The translations under genes were made by a program, and so were the position numbers. From sequence record PP886230: 64,000 bases of DNA. One strand, 5' to 3'. The stretch comes from Escherichia phage vB_EcoM_E9.1. This document shows, piece after piece, positions 20,798-30,009 of the stretch (positions are counted from its first letter, which is position 1; every line of letters begins with the position of its first letter). The notes below the pieces were generated by a model that had not been told where the DNA came from, ran no database searches, and saw only the letters and a program-made list of their open reading frames with translations.

Positions 20798-21030
20798 TAC
20801 TAAGTTTTGTTGTTGCACTATTGTTTATGTTCTATCCTACACTAGTGGCATTAGCCACTAGGCGAACGATGGTAGATCTCACTACTGTATTCTTGCTAAA
20901 CGTGGCATTAGTACTGGTGTCTATTATCATTCCAGTGAGCTTTACAGTTATTGATATTATTTCGGTATTACTCTTCGTGTTAAGTTATCTTATGCTTATT
21001 GAAGAAACAAATGTTGACAAACGTTCGTAG
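20788..21030 (+). CDS. small membrane protein
   Basis: ORF 80 aa, two hydrophobic helices. Confidence 0.55.
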   Translation: MYLVLSFVVALLFMFYPTLVALATRRTMVDLTTVFLLNVALVLVSIIIPVSFTVIDIISVLLFVLSYLMLIEETNVDKRS

Positions 21031-21041
21031 TACTGTATAAT
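21014..21041 (+). promoter_or_regulatory. sigma70-type promoter
   Basis: TTGACA, 16-nt spacer ending in AGTACTG, TATAAT. Confidence 0.6.
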
Positions 21042-21088
21042 GGTTCCTGTAGTCTGAAACTTAACACTTAAACTTGAGGTAAAAAAAT

Positions 21089-21415
21089 ATGCTATCAGTA
21101 CTAATTTCAATTCCGTCTTTAATTCTGATTTGGCTTCTGGTTTACGAATGCTTTATTACTGATGATAATGATAAAAAAGAGTTCTCTGAGTTGTTTATGC
21201 TTGATTCACCGATTGTGCGTATTTTCTATACAGTCGTTGTGGTTTCAGTAATTGTATGGATTTTGAGTTTTATCTTCCCACTCGGTGCAGTAGTTAAAAC
21301 TTTGGATTTAGTTGAGAACTTTGTTGCAATTATGTGGCTAATCAAAGCACTATTTGCAGGAAATGTTAAAATTTGGATTGATATTATCAAATTCAAGTTC
21401 ACGAATAAGATGTAA
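21089..21415 (+). CDS. membrane protein
   Basis: ORF 108 aa, hydrophobic. Confidence 0.55.
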   Translation: MLSVLISIPSLILIWLLVYECFITDDNDKKEFSELFMLDSPIVRIFYTVVVVSVIVWILSFIFPLGAVVKTLDLVENFVAIMWLIKALFAGNVKIWIDIIKFKFTNKM

Positions 21416-21493
21416 CAGTGAAAATATCTCTATAGTATTAAATACTTCTGTACATATATATAGTACAGAAGTATTTCTCGTTAGAGGTTTGTT

Positions 21494-21853
21494 ATGAAGA
21501 GTTATATAAAATTAATAGCACTTGTGTGTGCATTATTTTCATGTTTTAGTTATGGTGCAGCAGCAGAAACATATTGTCGTAGTACTAAGGGAACGTGGCA
21601 TGTATTGACTAACGACCCTAGAAATGGTAAAAATATAGTTGTTGATGGTGTGATTTATCGTTTTAAAGTAGAAAGTATTATCGGTAATAAAAAAATCTCG
21701 ACTTATAGAGATGATTCTGGTACATTAGCAAACGTAATATTAATTGTAGACCCAAGAACTGGTAATGGTGATATCTATATAGTAATTTACTTGGACTCAT
21801 CGGTACGCCGTGACCTAGATATAGATAAATTGAACTTACACTGTGAAATATAG
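21494..21853 (+). CDS. secreted protein (signal peptide)
   Basis: ORF 119 aa; N-terminus MKSYIKLIALVCALFSCFSYGAAA-ET. Confidence 0.6.
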   Translation: MKSYIKLIALVCALFSCFSYGAAAETYCRSTKGTWHVLTNDPRNGKNIVVDGVIYRFKVESIIGNKKISTYRDDSGTLANVILIVDPRTGNGDIYIVIYLDSSVRRDLDIDKLNLHCEI

Positions 21854-21864
21854 GACTTAAAAAA

Positions 21865-22242
21865 ATGGTAAACACTATTTTACTTTTGTTGTTGAATATT
21901 CCAATTATTCTGTCTTTTTTAATTTCTATTTTTATGGCAGGATATTGTTTAGTTGCAGTAATTCATTTCATTTTAACAAACAAATATGTCCTAATTTCTA
22001 AGCTTGATTCTATTTTTGCTTGCGATTCGATTGCTTATAACTTGTGGTTAATTTGTTCTTGCATTATGGGAGTAACTTTCCTTCTGTATGTATTTGATGT
22101 CCTTGACCAAAAGTTCGTATACATCAGTACTGGATTGGCTCTTTATCCTGCTACGTGGTACTTGATTTACGTTGGTGATATATGGTATAGTACTTATAAA
22201 GAATATCAGTACAAGAAATCACTTAACGTTGGAGGAAAATAA
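21865..22242 (+). CDS. multi-pass membrane protein
   Basis: ORF 125 aa. Confidence 0.55.
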   Translation: MVNTILLLLLNIPIILSFLISIFMAGYCLVAVIHFILTNKYVLISKLDSIFACDSIAYNLWLICSCIMGVTFLLYVFDVLDQKFVYISTGLALYPATWYLIYVGDIWYSTYKEYQYKKSLNVGGK

Positions 22243-22244
22243 TC

Positions 22245-22595
22245 ATGAAAATTATTTTATTTTTTGTATGTATGTTAATGTGTGGATTGTCATATGCTGA
22301 ACCATTGGAAGGTTTAGTTTGTACAGATGGTAATATTAAACATATCTATCAAGGTGATAGTGACGATCGAGATATTGTATATATTGATGGACAATCATAT
22401 ACGTTTGTTAAAGAGCATACAGTAGGCGACATTAGCTTCACTGAGTTTTCTAACGACACAGACCCTAACTTCTTAGCGTTTATTGAAGTAGATGTATATG
22501 AAGATAGTAATGGCACACAATATGCTAAATTAGTTATGATGCGTCGTGGTGCTAAAGAAACTAGTTTTGGTGGCTTGTGTAAATATAAGGATTGA
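22245..22595 (+). CDS. secreted protein (signal peptide)
   Basis: ORF 116 aa; N-terminus MKIILFFVCMLMCGLSYA-EP. Confidence 0.6.
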   Translation: MKIILFFVCMLMCGLSYAEPLEGLVCTDGNIKHIYQGDSDDRDIVYIDGQSYTFVKEHTVGDISFTEFSNDTDPNFLAFIEVDVYEDSNGTQYAKLVMMRRGAKETSFGGLCKYKD

Positions 22596-22599
22596 TATT

Positions 22600-22791
22600 A
22601 TGTTGATTTATCAAAGTGATAATATTCGTGTTATGCAGCATCCCTACTTACAAATCTTTGATGTGCAGCAGTATATGGAAGGTGATGACCCAAGAACCTA
22701 TGGTCGTAAGTATGATTACTTCACTGTAAAGCAGTGTAAAAATATTAACGAAGTACGACAATTAGTTCAAGAACTTCAAAACAAAGGTTGA
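22600..22791 (+). CDS. hypothetical protein
   Basis: ORF ~63 aa; ATG 22600 after AAGGA; TGA stop lies inside the TTGACT of the downstream module. Confidence 0.5.
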   Translation: MLIYQSDNIRVMQHPYLQIFDVQQYMEGDDPRTYGRKYDYFTVKQCKNINEVRQLVQELQNKG

Positions 22792-22817
22792 CTTCGGTCA
22801 GCCTTTTTTGTTATAAT
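22785..22817 (+). promoter_or_regulatory. fused terminator-promoter module
   Basis: Hairpin AGGTTGAC-TTCG-GTCAGCCT plus T6; TTGACT in the 5-prime stem arm serves as -35, 18-nt spacer, TATAAT. Confidence 0.65.
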
Positions 22818-22845
22818 TCTCTTAATAAATTAGAGGATTTTAATT

Positions 22846-23286
22846 ATGTATGTATATCGTTTTGAACTTAAATTTAGTTACATTGAACCTAACTTAGATC
22901 CTGCACGAACTGTAGGTCCGTTTGCACGGTATTCAACTAGATACAGTACTAAAAATGGATTTGACCGTTTGCTTATGACTACACCTTCTCAATTCCAACC
23001 TGAACCAACTGAGGATGGGATCTATTCAATCAAAAGTGGATGGGTATTTGGCTGTCAAAGTTTGAAAGATTTGTTCAGATTCTTCACTATGGACTTGGGT
23101 AAATTGCATCGTGCTGGGTTTGCTATATCTGTATATGAAGTTCCAGACCACCATGTAGACATTGGTCGTAATCAGGTTCAGTACTATTGCGGTAGTGCTA
23201 AATTAGTTCGTATCATGTCAGTTAAGGAAGCAAAGGATGAGTTCCGACAAAGTAAAAGAGAAACACATGAGGTAATATATGGATAA
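22846..23286 (+). CDS. hypothetical protein
   Basis: ORF 146 aa. Confidence 0.55.
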   Translation: MYVYRFELKFSYIEPNLDPARTVGPFARYSTRYSTKNGFDRLLMTTPSQFQPEPTEDGIYSIKSGWVFGCQSLKDLFRFFTMDLGKLHRAGFAISVYEVPDHHVDIGRNQVQYYCGSAKLVRIMSVKEAKDEFRQSKRETHEVIYG

Positions 23287-23623
23287 AACTCAAATAGAAT
23301 TAAAGAAATTTGTTTCATTCTATTTTCCTGATGACCCACGTAATTCACAAAAAGATATTGAATATTATAATATCCTATCTAAACAGTTAATGAGAAAGTT
23401 TCAACAGTGTTTAACTATATTCAATACAGATGGAAGACGTAGATACCGAATCGTTTCAATGAATGATGAAAACGCAAATTTCTTTGATTACGATGTAGTT
23501 TTTAGAGCATATAATGATGATCGTATAAAATTAAATTATGATCAAATTATACTTGACCTGAATGTTATATGTGTTATAATCACTCACGTAGCCGAACTTA
23601 ATGGTTTTAAAGAATGGTATTGA
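23279..23623 (+). CDS. hypothetical protein
   Basis: ORF 114 aa. Confidence 0.55.
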   Translation: MDKTQIELKKFVSFYFPDDPRNSQKDIEYYNILSKQLMRKFQQCLTIFNTDGRRRYRIVSMNDENANFFDYDVVFRAYNDDRIKLNYDQIILDLNVICVIITHVAELNGFKEWY

Positions 23624-23637
23624 ATAGAGGATAACAT

Positions 23638-23904
23638 ATGAAGCTTAAATTACAATATAATGGATTTACTTTACGTAATGATACTGAATTTATTAATCGT
23701 TCTCCTGGTGCTGAACTGTTTTTACGAGAGATGAACATTCCTTTCATCATTACTACAGTGGGCGACCGTGAAGTTCTACAATATGCAGAGCATCCGATTA
23801 TTGATGTTCCTTGGTACTCTGAGCATATGTACATGGATATGGCACGTCGCTACAACTGTAAGTTCGTAGTTGAAGGTGATAAAATTACAGTCGAATTTAA
23901 ATAA
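23638..23904 (+). CDS. hypothetical protein
   Basis: ORF 88 aa. Confidence 0.55.
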   Translation: MKLKLQYNGFTLRNDTEFINRSPGAELFLREMNIPFIITTVGDREVLQYAEHPIIDVPWYSEHMYMDMARRYNCKFVVEGDKITVEFK

Positions 23905-23916
23905 GGTAAATTAAAA

Positions 23917-24210
23917 ATGATCAGTACTTCAGTTAATGAAAGCATCGTCGCTGACGTAGAAATGGTTAAAGAATGTGCAGATGAAACTCTTCGTGATATG
24001 TACATTAATGATTTAATTACTGAATACGGTAGTCGTGGTGTACACGAATTTATTCGTTTAAGTGGAGAGTTGATGAAAAATCGAATTCGTATGAAGCTTA
24101 ACGTACATCCAAAAGCATGGGCATTTACATTAAAATACGCAGAAGATATTGTGAATTTGCGTCGAACTGAAGTATATGAACGTTTGCACAATGGTATGTT
24201 AGATAAATGA
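23917..24210 (+). CDS. hypothetical protein
   Basis: ORF 97 aa. Confidence 0.55.
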   Translation: MISTSVNESIVADVEMVKECADETLRDMYINDLITEYGSRGVHEFIRLSGELMKNRIRMKLNVHPKAWAFTLKYAEDIVNLRRTEVYERLHNGMLDK

Positions 24211-24262
24211 TTGTAAAAAAGGAATTCTTAAATGAATTCCTTTTTGTTTATAAGGTATAGTA

Positions 24263-24484
24263 ATGAAATATATAGTACTTGTACTGATATTATTCAGTAC
24301 TGTTGTAAGTGCTAAACAAAAAGAATATGTTAAATGTATAAATTATGAAGAGAAATATGTTGAAACATATAAAAAAAGTATAATTAAAAACGTTTCGATT
24401 ACTAACAGAGCAACAATCATTGTACTTAAAAATGGGTTAATTATGCTATATAAACCACACGTTAAATGTGAAATTATTAATTGA
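24263..24484 (+). CDS. secreted small protein (signal peptide)
   Basis: ORF 73 aa; N-terminus MKYIVLVLILFSTVVSA-KQ. Confidence 0.55.
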   Translation: MKYIVLVLILFSTVVSAKQKEYVKCINYEEKYVETYKKSIIKNVSITNRATIIVLKNGLIMLYKPHVKCEIIN

Positions 24485-24491
24485 GGAAATT

Positions 24492-25064
24492 ATGAATCGT
24501 AAAGGTCGTTTTAAAGTATCAAAAAAGAACAAAAGTTCTAGGTTTAAACCTATTGTTTTAACAGTTAAATCTAACAAAGAATTAACTGCACTTAGTAAAA
24601 AGATAATTTCATCTAAGATTGAAGTATCATACGTAAATTCATTAAAATATATGAATGTCAAACCACTGGACCAACTCATTTCACTTATATTTGAACGTAA
24701 TGATTTTGAGATATCAGTAGATGATTATAGAGCCTATAATGCTGGTTTCATTAATGTTACTTGTAATAAAAAACTAACTGAGTTGGAAAATTTGTCATGT
24801 ATAATAAATCTAGATAAAGGTGTTGTGAAGTACCATTTTGTACATTTCACTAATATCAATAATGGAATGGGTGTACAATCCAGACCTATAGTGCCTACGT
24901 GTGATGTTACTAAATTAGCAAAGCTCAATGATGAAGAATATTTTCAAGAAAGCATTGTAACTGAGCATTTAGATGATATAATAGCTACTTACAAAGAATG
25001 CATATGGGTGTTGAATGCTATAAAACCTAAATTGTGTTTAATGAATATTGTTCGTGATTTATGA
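24492..25064 (+). CDS. hypothetical protein
   Basis: ORF ~190 aa; ATG 24492 after GAGGAA preferred over track start 24468. Confidence 0.55.
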   Translation: MNRKGRFKVSKKNKSSRFKPIVLTVKSNKELTALSKKIISSKIEVSYVNSLKYMNVKPLDQLISLIFERNDFEISVDDYRAYNAGFINVTCNKKLTELENLSCIINLDKGVVKYHFVHFTNINNGMGVQSRPIVPTCDVTKLAKLNDEEYFQESIVTEHLDDIIATYKECIWVLNAIKPKLCLMNIVRDL

Positions 25065-25077
25065 ATGGGGAATCGTA

Positions 25078-25521
25078 ATGAGTTGGGTAAATGTTAATAG
25101 TATTGAACTTAACGAACAAGATATTTTTGCATTTGTAAATTTAACTAATAACACAGTACTAAAAGGGCGTTTGTTCAGTGCTAGTGATGGGTACAAATGG
25201 ATCTCTTTGATGGATGATAGTGGTGTGATTTATAATGTAATGCAATTACCCCAATGGGTATATAGTAACACTGCTGACGATGTTCTTACCGCAGTTATGC
25301 GTGAGTTTGAAAAACTCCCAGGTGGTGATATCAAAAACAAAGTTTTTAATGCAGAACGTAAAAATTATACAGCACAGCAGTTGGAATCCCTTGCCATTGC
25401 TGCTTATCAAGCTGCTATTAAGAAGCCAGAGTGCGTTATTCTTAAGTATGTACCAGACTTAAAACTTACGTTGGAAGACATGGATGCATTCATTTTTACA
25501 TCTGAACTTGATCAGTACTAA
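25078..25521 (+). CDS. hypothetical protein
   Basis: ORF ~147 aa; ATG 25078 preferred over track start 25048. Confidence 0.5.
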   Translation: MSWVNVNSIELNEQDIFAFVNLTNNTVLKGRLFSASDGYKWISLMDDSGVIYNVMQLPQWVYSNTADDVLTAVMREFEKLPGGDIKNKVFNAERKNYTAQQLESLAIAAYQAAIKKPECVILKYVPDLKLTLEDMDAFIFTSELDQY

Positions 25522-25636
25522 TTTAACTTTGGGACAACCATTCTTATTATGATATAATGTTTTATGTCATTCGATATAAATGACAACGGAACTATAAATA
25601 TTATAGTAAAATTTATCTCTTATAGGAGTTATAAAA

Positions 25637-26020
25637 ATGGTTGATAAATGGAATAAGAAAGATCCATCACATGATGTTGATATTTCTGGTCTAGACAATG
25701 CACATAAGCACAAGTATCTAGATTCACTAGGTCTTCTAAAACCAGACCAAAGTCTTGCACATGATCGTCCATCCCGTGAAAAAGCATTTAGCCTAGAATC
25801 ACTAGGTCATGAGCTTAATCGTGTGTTTGAGGATCACCCAATCTATGTACGTGATATTATCGAGAAACTTAAAGTAACTCCTAAAGAGCACTTTAAAGCA
25901 ACTGTACACTCTGCATTCCGTGCATTACATGAATCTCTAAAGAAAACTCACAATCTTCGTAAAATTCATGATGAAATCGTGAATGCAATCGAAAGTGAAA
26001 AACATAAGTTCAAGAAGTAA
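25637..26020 (+). CDS. hypothetical helical protein; domain paralogous to N-terminal part of 26266 ORF
   Basis: ORF 127 aa; LDSLGLLKP..IIEKLKVTPKEHFKATVHSAF resembles VNSLGLLNA..IVKELQSVPKEELKVKAQAVL in the 425-aa ORF. Confidence 0.6.
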   Translation: MVDKWNKKDPSHDVDISGLDNAHKHKYLDSLGLLKPDQSLAHDRPSREKAFSLESLGHELNRVFEDHPIYVRDIIEKLKVTPKEHFKATVHSAFRALHESLKKTHNLRKIHDEIVNAIESEKHKFKK

Positions 26021-26027
26021 TAAAAAG

Positions 26028-26060
26028 GGGTTGACTAAGGTCAGCCCTTTGTTGTATCAT
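26028..26060 (+). promoter_or_regulatory. fused terminator-promoter module (variant)
   Basis: Hairpin GGGTTGAC-TAAG-GTCAGCCC, short T-run, TTGACT -35, 18-nt spacer, TATCAT. Confidence 0.55.
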
Positions 26061-26089
26061 AAATTCTCAATATAACTGAGGTATCATAT

Positions 26090-26203
26090 ATGCAAGGTTT
26101 GAAATTTGTAGTTGCTGCACTCATCGCCGCAGTACTGGTTGGTGGTGTATTCTATGTAGTGGATCAAAAAGTAAATCCACCTGCACAAGAACAATCTAAG
26201 TAA
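26090..26203 (+). CDS. micro membrane protein (37 aa)
   Basis: MQGLKFVVAALIAAVLVGGVFYVVDQKVNPPAQEQSK; single TM helix; sits between two terminator-promoter modules; below the ORF-track length cut-off. Confidence 0.45.
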   Translation: MQGLKFVVAALIAAVLVGGVFYVVDQKVNPPAQEQSK

Positions 26204-26210
26204 CAAAATA

Positions 26211-26242
26211 AGGTTGACTTCGGTCAGCCTTTTCTTTATACT
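26211..26242 (+). promoter_or_regulatory. fused terminator-promoter module
   Basis: Hairpin AGGTTGAC-TTCG-GTCAGCCT plus T-run, TTGACT -35, 17-nt spacer, TATACT. Confidence 0.6.
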
Positions 26243-26265
26243 ATAAATATAGACATAGAGAAAAA

Positions 26266-27543
26266 ATGAAATCTATGGAGAGAAATCAAATGCCAAGTAA
26301 TTTTACTGATAAAAATGGTGGTAACATGGCTGGTCACTCTGATAAATGGAGTGAACGCAACCGCCGTCCAAATAGTTATCAAGCAGGTCAAGGTTCACGT
26401 GGATCACGTAACCAAGGAACTGGTCTAGCTGGTAAAGCAAACGCAGAAGCAGGTGAAGTTAAGAGTACTGAGAACATGACTGAGCTAGAAAAGCTACGTT
26501 ATGTTAATTCATTGGGACTTCTTAATGCTACACAAAAACAACGCCTAGCTGATATGGAACGTGAAGAAAAAGAAAAATCTGCTCCTGCTAAAGAAGAACC
26601 AAAACAAGAAGCACCAAAGGCGGTTAACCCTGTCAAAGAACTGTCGGATAAGTTAGGTAAGATTTTTGCTAATAAACCACAACTTATCCAAGGTATTGTG
26701 AAAGAATTGCAATCTGTACCTAAAGAAGAATTAAAAGTCAAAGCACAAGCTGTGCTTGATGCAATGAGTGGAAATACCAGTACTGAACCAACTGAAGTAT
26801 TCAGTACTATAATGCGTGCACTTGAAGGTACGCAACAAGGTGATGTGCCTGCACAAGAGGAAGTAAGTCTTGAAAGCGTACTTAAAACATTTGATAGTAT
26901 TGGTAAAGAAGACCGTGCTAATGCTCAACAAGTTAAGAATGTACTAGCTAAGTTAGAAAACCGTCTGGAAGGTAAAGACGATAAGATTAAATTAGTATCT
27001 GATGCAGTTAACGATGCACTTAAATCTTATGTACAAGGTGAAAAGAGTCGTTTTGTAACTGCAATGGATGCTGCATTCAATACTATGAAAAAGTATGAAG
27101 CTGATCATGGTGAGAAGGTTACACGAGATGGTTATCTGATGCGTGATGATGAAGAAGGTGCAGTAGAACAGAACGATGTTCATTCAGACGAAGAAATTGA
27201 TGACATGGAAGCTGAACTGTCACAAGACCGCCAAATGACTGAAAAATCCCATAACGAACTACAGAAATTAATGCAATGGGTTGCAGATGTTGGTGAAAAA
27301 GCTGGTGCTGATAAGAAGAGTATAAACCGAAATCTTAGTTGGATTAAAGATAAAGTTGGTAACAACGCTCGTAAACTACAAAAAGCGTGGACTGATGTAG
27401 TGAATGGTGCTGTTGACATTGATGTTGAATCCGGTGAGGCATATGATTATGCATTGACTACACTTGATGACTCTTTCCGTGATTACGAAAATGGAAATGT
27501 AACTCCTTGGGAAAAGGACATCATGAGCAAATACGGTAAATGA
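26266..27543 (+). CDS. large acidic charged protein
   Basis: ORF 425 aa; E/K/D-rich; internal segment paralogous to ORF 25637. Confidence 0.65.
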   Translation: MKSMERNQMPSNFTDKNGGNMAGHSDKWSERNRRPNSYQAGQGSRGSRNQGTGLAGKANAEAGEVKSTENMTELEKLRYVNSLGLLNATQKQRLADMEREEKEKSAPAKEEPKQEAPKAVNPVKELSDKLGKIFANKPQLIQGIVKELQSVPKEELKVKAQAVLDAMSGNTSTEPTEVFSTIMRALEGTQQGDVPAQEEVSLESVLKTFDSIGKEDRANAQQVKNVLAKLENRLEGKDDKIKLVSDAVNDALKSYVQGEKSRFVTAMDAAFNTMKKYEADHGEKVTRDGYLMRDDEEGAVEQNDVHSDEEIDDMEAELSQDRQMTEKSHNELQKLMQWVADVGEKAGADKKSINRNLSWIKDKVGNNARKLQKAWTDVVNGAVDIDVESGEAYDYALTTLDDSFRDYENGNVTPWEKDIMSKYGK

Positions 27544-27552
27544 TAAAACAAA

Positions 27553-27577
27553 AGGTTGACTTCGGTCAGCCTTTTTT
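27553..27577 (+). terminator. intrinsic terminator (GGTTGAC-TTCG-GTCAGCC family)
   Basis: Perfect 7-bp stem, TTCG loop, T7 run; downstream -10 is weak. Confidence 0.7.
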
Positions 27578-27614
27578 TGTAAATACAAAAGAGGAATTAA
27601 GAAGAGGGATTACA

Positions 27615-27866
27615 ATGAAAAAATATATTATATTTGGAATTGTATTATTTTCCAGTACTGCTTATGGTGCAGATTATCATTGCTCCGTAGCAAGGCAGGA
27701 TTTCAGAAATGGGGAGTTCTATACTACCTCATACACAAAAGGAATAATACACGACACCGACAGAACTATTGGATTTAATGCGTTTGACAACAAAGATTCA
27801 TATACTTCAGGTATACTATCTGAGCGTAAGACTGATGTAATGGGAATAGAAAAAGAGTTCCGGTGA
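27615..27866 (+). CDS. secreted small protein (signal peptide)
   Basis: ORF ~83 aa from ATG 27615 (MKKYIIFGIVLFSSTAYG-AD); track start 27540 would read through the terminator hairpin. Confidence 0.6.
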   Translation: MKKYIIFGIVLFSSTAYGADYHCSVARQDFRNGEFYTTSYTKGIIHDTDRTIGFNAFDNKDSYTSGILSERKTDVMGIEKEFR

Positions 27867-27876
27867 TTCAGTAGCA

Positions 27877-28176
27877 ATGTGCAATGGCATTGAAAGTACT
27901 AAAACAATTTATTATAATAATGAACGTAACTATCGTTTTCATAATTTAACCACAAATAAAAGTTTACTATTTTACAATTGTAAAGAAGTAATACTCCCAT
28001 CAGACAATAGCTGTACTCCAACTAATCAACCCCCAGCACAATGTAATACTCCCTCTGAACCTGATAAAAATAAAAAAGACAAAAAACCTTTAAAAGATAA
28101 AAAGAAAGATAAAAAACCTAATCCGTTTAAAAATAATAAACAAGCACAACCCGATATGACGTGTAAAATAAAATAA
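27877..28176 (+). CDS. hypothetical lysine-rich protein
   Basis: ORF 99 aa; C-terminal KNKKDKKPLKDKKKDKKPNPFK low-complexity tail. Confidence 0.5.
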   Translation: MCNGIESTKTIYYNNERNYRFHNLTTNKSLLFYNCKEVILPSDNSCTPTNQPPAQCNTPSEPDKNKKDKKPLKDKKKDKKPNPFKNNKQAQPDMTCKIK

Positions 28177-28185
28177 GGATATATA

Positions 28186-28605
28186 ATGAAAAAGATTTTT
28201 TTAAGTATTATTTTAGTACTTTTTAGTTTTAATGTATATGCAGCAGATGCTAAACAGGTTGCAAATACAGTAAAAGATGTTATAGTAGATAATGCTCCTA
28301 CATTAGAGGAAATTGGGGTAAAAACTTGTGATATAGTAATATATAATTTAGTTAATGATGAACGAGTTATGTTGAATACGTATGAACAAGTAGTCCCATT
28401 GGTTGAATCTGGTGATGCTTTTAGCTTTACATATAAAGTTAAATTAACAGGAGGGGTTGAAGTTAATCTTGACATTGATACCGCTTCAGTACTAAAAGAT
28501 AAACTAGGATATGTGTTCAATCGTATTCGTGAAGAAGGTCATCTTAAGTATGTTTATGAAAGTAAAATACTAAAACGTGCAATAGTTATAGAAAACTGTA
28601 AATGA
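28186..28605 (+). CDS. secreted protein (signal peptide)
   Basis: ORF 139 aa; N-terminus MKKIFLSIILVLFSFNVYA-AD. Confidence 0.6.
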   Translation: MKKIFLSIILVLFSFNVYAADAKQVANTVKDVIVDNAPTLEEIGVKTCDIVIYNLVNDERVMLNTYEQVVPLVESGDAFSFTYKVKLTGGVEVNLDIDTASVLKDKLGYVFNRIREEGHLKYVYESKILKRAIVIENCK

Positions 28606-28614
28606 TAATAAAAG

Positions 28615-28646
28615 GGTTGACTTCGGTCAGCCTTTTTTGTTATGAT
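28615..28646 (+). promoter_or_regulatory. fused terminator-promoter module
   Basis: Hairpin GGTTGAC-TTCG-GTCAGCC plus T6, TTGACT -35, 18-nt spacer, TATGAT. Confidence 0.65.
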
Positions 28647-28674
28647 GTTGGTATTAACTACAGAGGATAAAGTA

Positions 28675-29316
28675 ATGACTAAGCAAGACATATTCAAAAC
28701 TTTAATTGACATTTTGCGTCCATCAAAAACTCGTTGTGCGATGGAGTTTGATATTCCTTATGCTGAACGCGTAATCTTTCCACAAGTTAAAGCTGCTGGA
28801 CTTACTTTGCTTGGAATGGGGATGTACTCTGTAGTAGTTGAACATAAAAACTATCCTGGGCGTGCATTTAAAGTAACCACTTCACGCTGGGATGGTTTTC
28901 GTGCTTATGCAAAGTACTGCATTGAAAACGCAGGAACCAAGTTTCTTCCAGTGATCTACAGTGCAAACGAACAAGGAAACTTTGGATGGTATGAGATGGA
29001 CAAGTACTATCCTATAATTAAACAAAAAAATAATTATGATGACTTTGTTAGTACTAAAATTGGAGATTTATATTCTTATGCACATGCTGGTCAGTACGCT
29101 ACTTCAGTGAATGATATGCGTGGAAATTCTGAAGAGATTGCTATTGCGACGGTCGCTGCTAACATCATGAAAGAGTTTCACGGGCGTTTTGTACCAGACA
29201 TTCATTCCAGTAATGTCATGATGGATAAAGATGGCAATGTATTCATTACTGATCCTCTTTCGTGTGATGTACGTAGAGAAATACCAGTTACTGAAGAAGA
29301 TCCAGTTTTTTATTGA
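28675..29316 (+). CDS. kinase-like protein (weak motif)
   Basis: ORF ~213 aa from ATG 28675 after AGAGGA; DIHSSNVMMDKDGNVFITDPLS resembles the catalytic-loop and metal-binding-loop pattern of APH/choline-kinase-like kinases (HGDLHxxN ... IDFE). Confidence 0.45.
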   Translation: MTKQDIFKTLIDILRPSKTRCAMEFDIPYAERVIFPQVKAAGLTLLGMGMYSVVVEHKNYPGRAFKVTTSRWDGFRAYAKYCIENAGTKFLPVIYSANEQGNFGWYEMDKYYPIIKQKNNYDDFVSTKIGDLYSYAHAGQYATSVNDMRGNSEEIAIATVAANIMKEFHGRFVPDIHSSNVMMDKDGNVFITDPLSCDVRREIPVTEEDPVFY

Positions 29317-29377
29317 CAGAACTGATGTTCTGGTGTATTCTTAATAAACCATAAAAATTGCGGTAAAGGATAAAATC

Positions 29378-29659
29378 ATGCGTTCATTTGAAAACTTAAT
29401 AGGTAAGCATCTTTTATCTGAAATTGATGCAGACGTTAAAGAATTATCCAAATCAAAAAGTTACATTCATTTGGATGAACTGTTTATTAAGTACGGTGAG
29501 ATTGGTTTTAAGTCATTATTTGTTTTTACTATGAAAGTACATAGTTTAAAGTACTTCGATTTGAGTGCTAAAGATGGTGAACCGAATCTATATTACATGT
29601 ATTACCTTAAGAACAAAGATGAAGCTAATACATTACTCTCTGAATATATATTGGGGTAA
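29378..29659 (+). CDS. hypothetical protein
   Basis: ORF 93 aa. Confidence 0.55.
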   Translation: MRSFENLIGKHLLSEIDADVKELSKSKSYIHLDELFIKYGEIGFKSLFVFTMKVHSLKYFDLSAKDGEPNLYYMYYLKNKDEANTLLSEYILG

Positions 29660-29661
29660 AA

Positions 29662-30000
29662 ATGGAACAATATTTTGAATTAATAAACAAAGTATCATTT
29701 TATGTAGTATCTTTGGTTTGGGTGTATTATATGTTTTGCTACATTATTGCATTCTTCCGATACACTACTTTATATGAACGTATCTATTATGATGCCCCAA
29801 TTTCATTCTTGATGTTTTGTGCATGTACGTGGGGAATATTAGAAGTACTGATATGTGGGTATAGTACTGATGAATTAAATCTGGTATCGGTCTTGACTGG
29901 GTTTTCATTTGTTGTTATGATAGCTGCCGTTCCAGTATGGTTGTTCTTTGGACTAGTTCATCGCATTGATATATGGCGTTCTAATATCCCTGAAAAGTAA
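29662..30000 (+). CDS. family-B small multi-pass membrane protein
   Basis: ORF 112 aa; 3-4 hydrophobic helices; basic motif FFRYTTLYERIYYD after helix 1; tail RSNIPEK. Confidence 0.65.
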   Translation: MEQYFELINKVSFYVVSLVWVYYMFCYIIAFFRYTTLYERIYYDAPISFLMFCACTWGILEVLICGYSTDELNLVSVLTGFSFVVMIAAVPVWLFFGLVHRIDIWRSNIPEK

Positions 30001-30009
30001 GGATTGGTA

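Noticed and set aside
27540-27614. Track start 27540 for the secreted protein and 28642 for the kinase-like protein
   Set aside because: Both would translate through the terminator hairpin and promoter of the terminator-promoter module; the internal ATGs with SD sequences (27615, 28675) give sensible N-termini.
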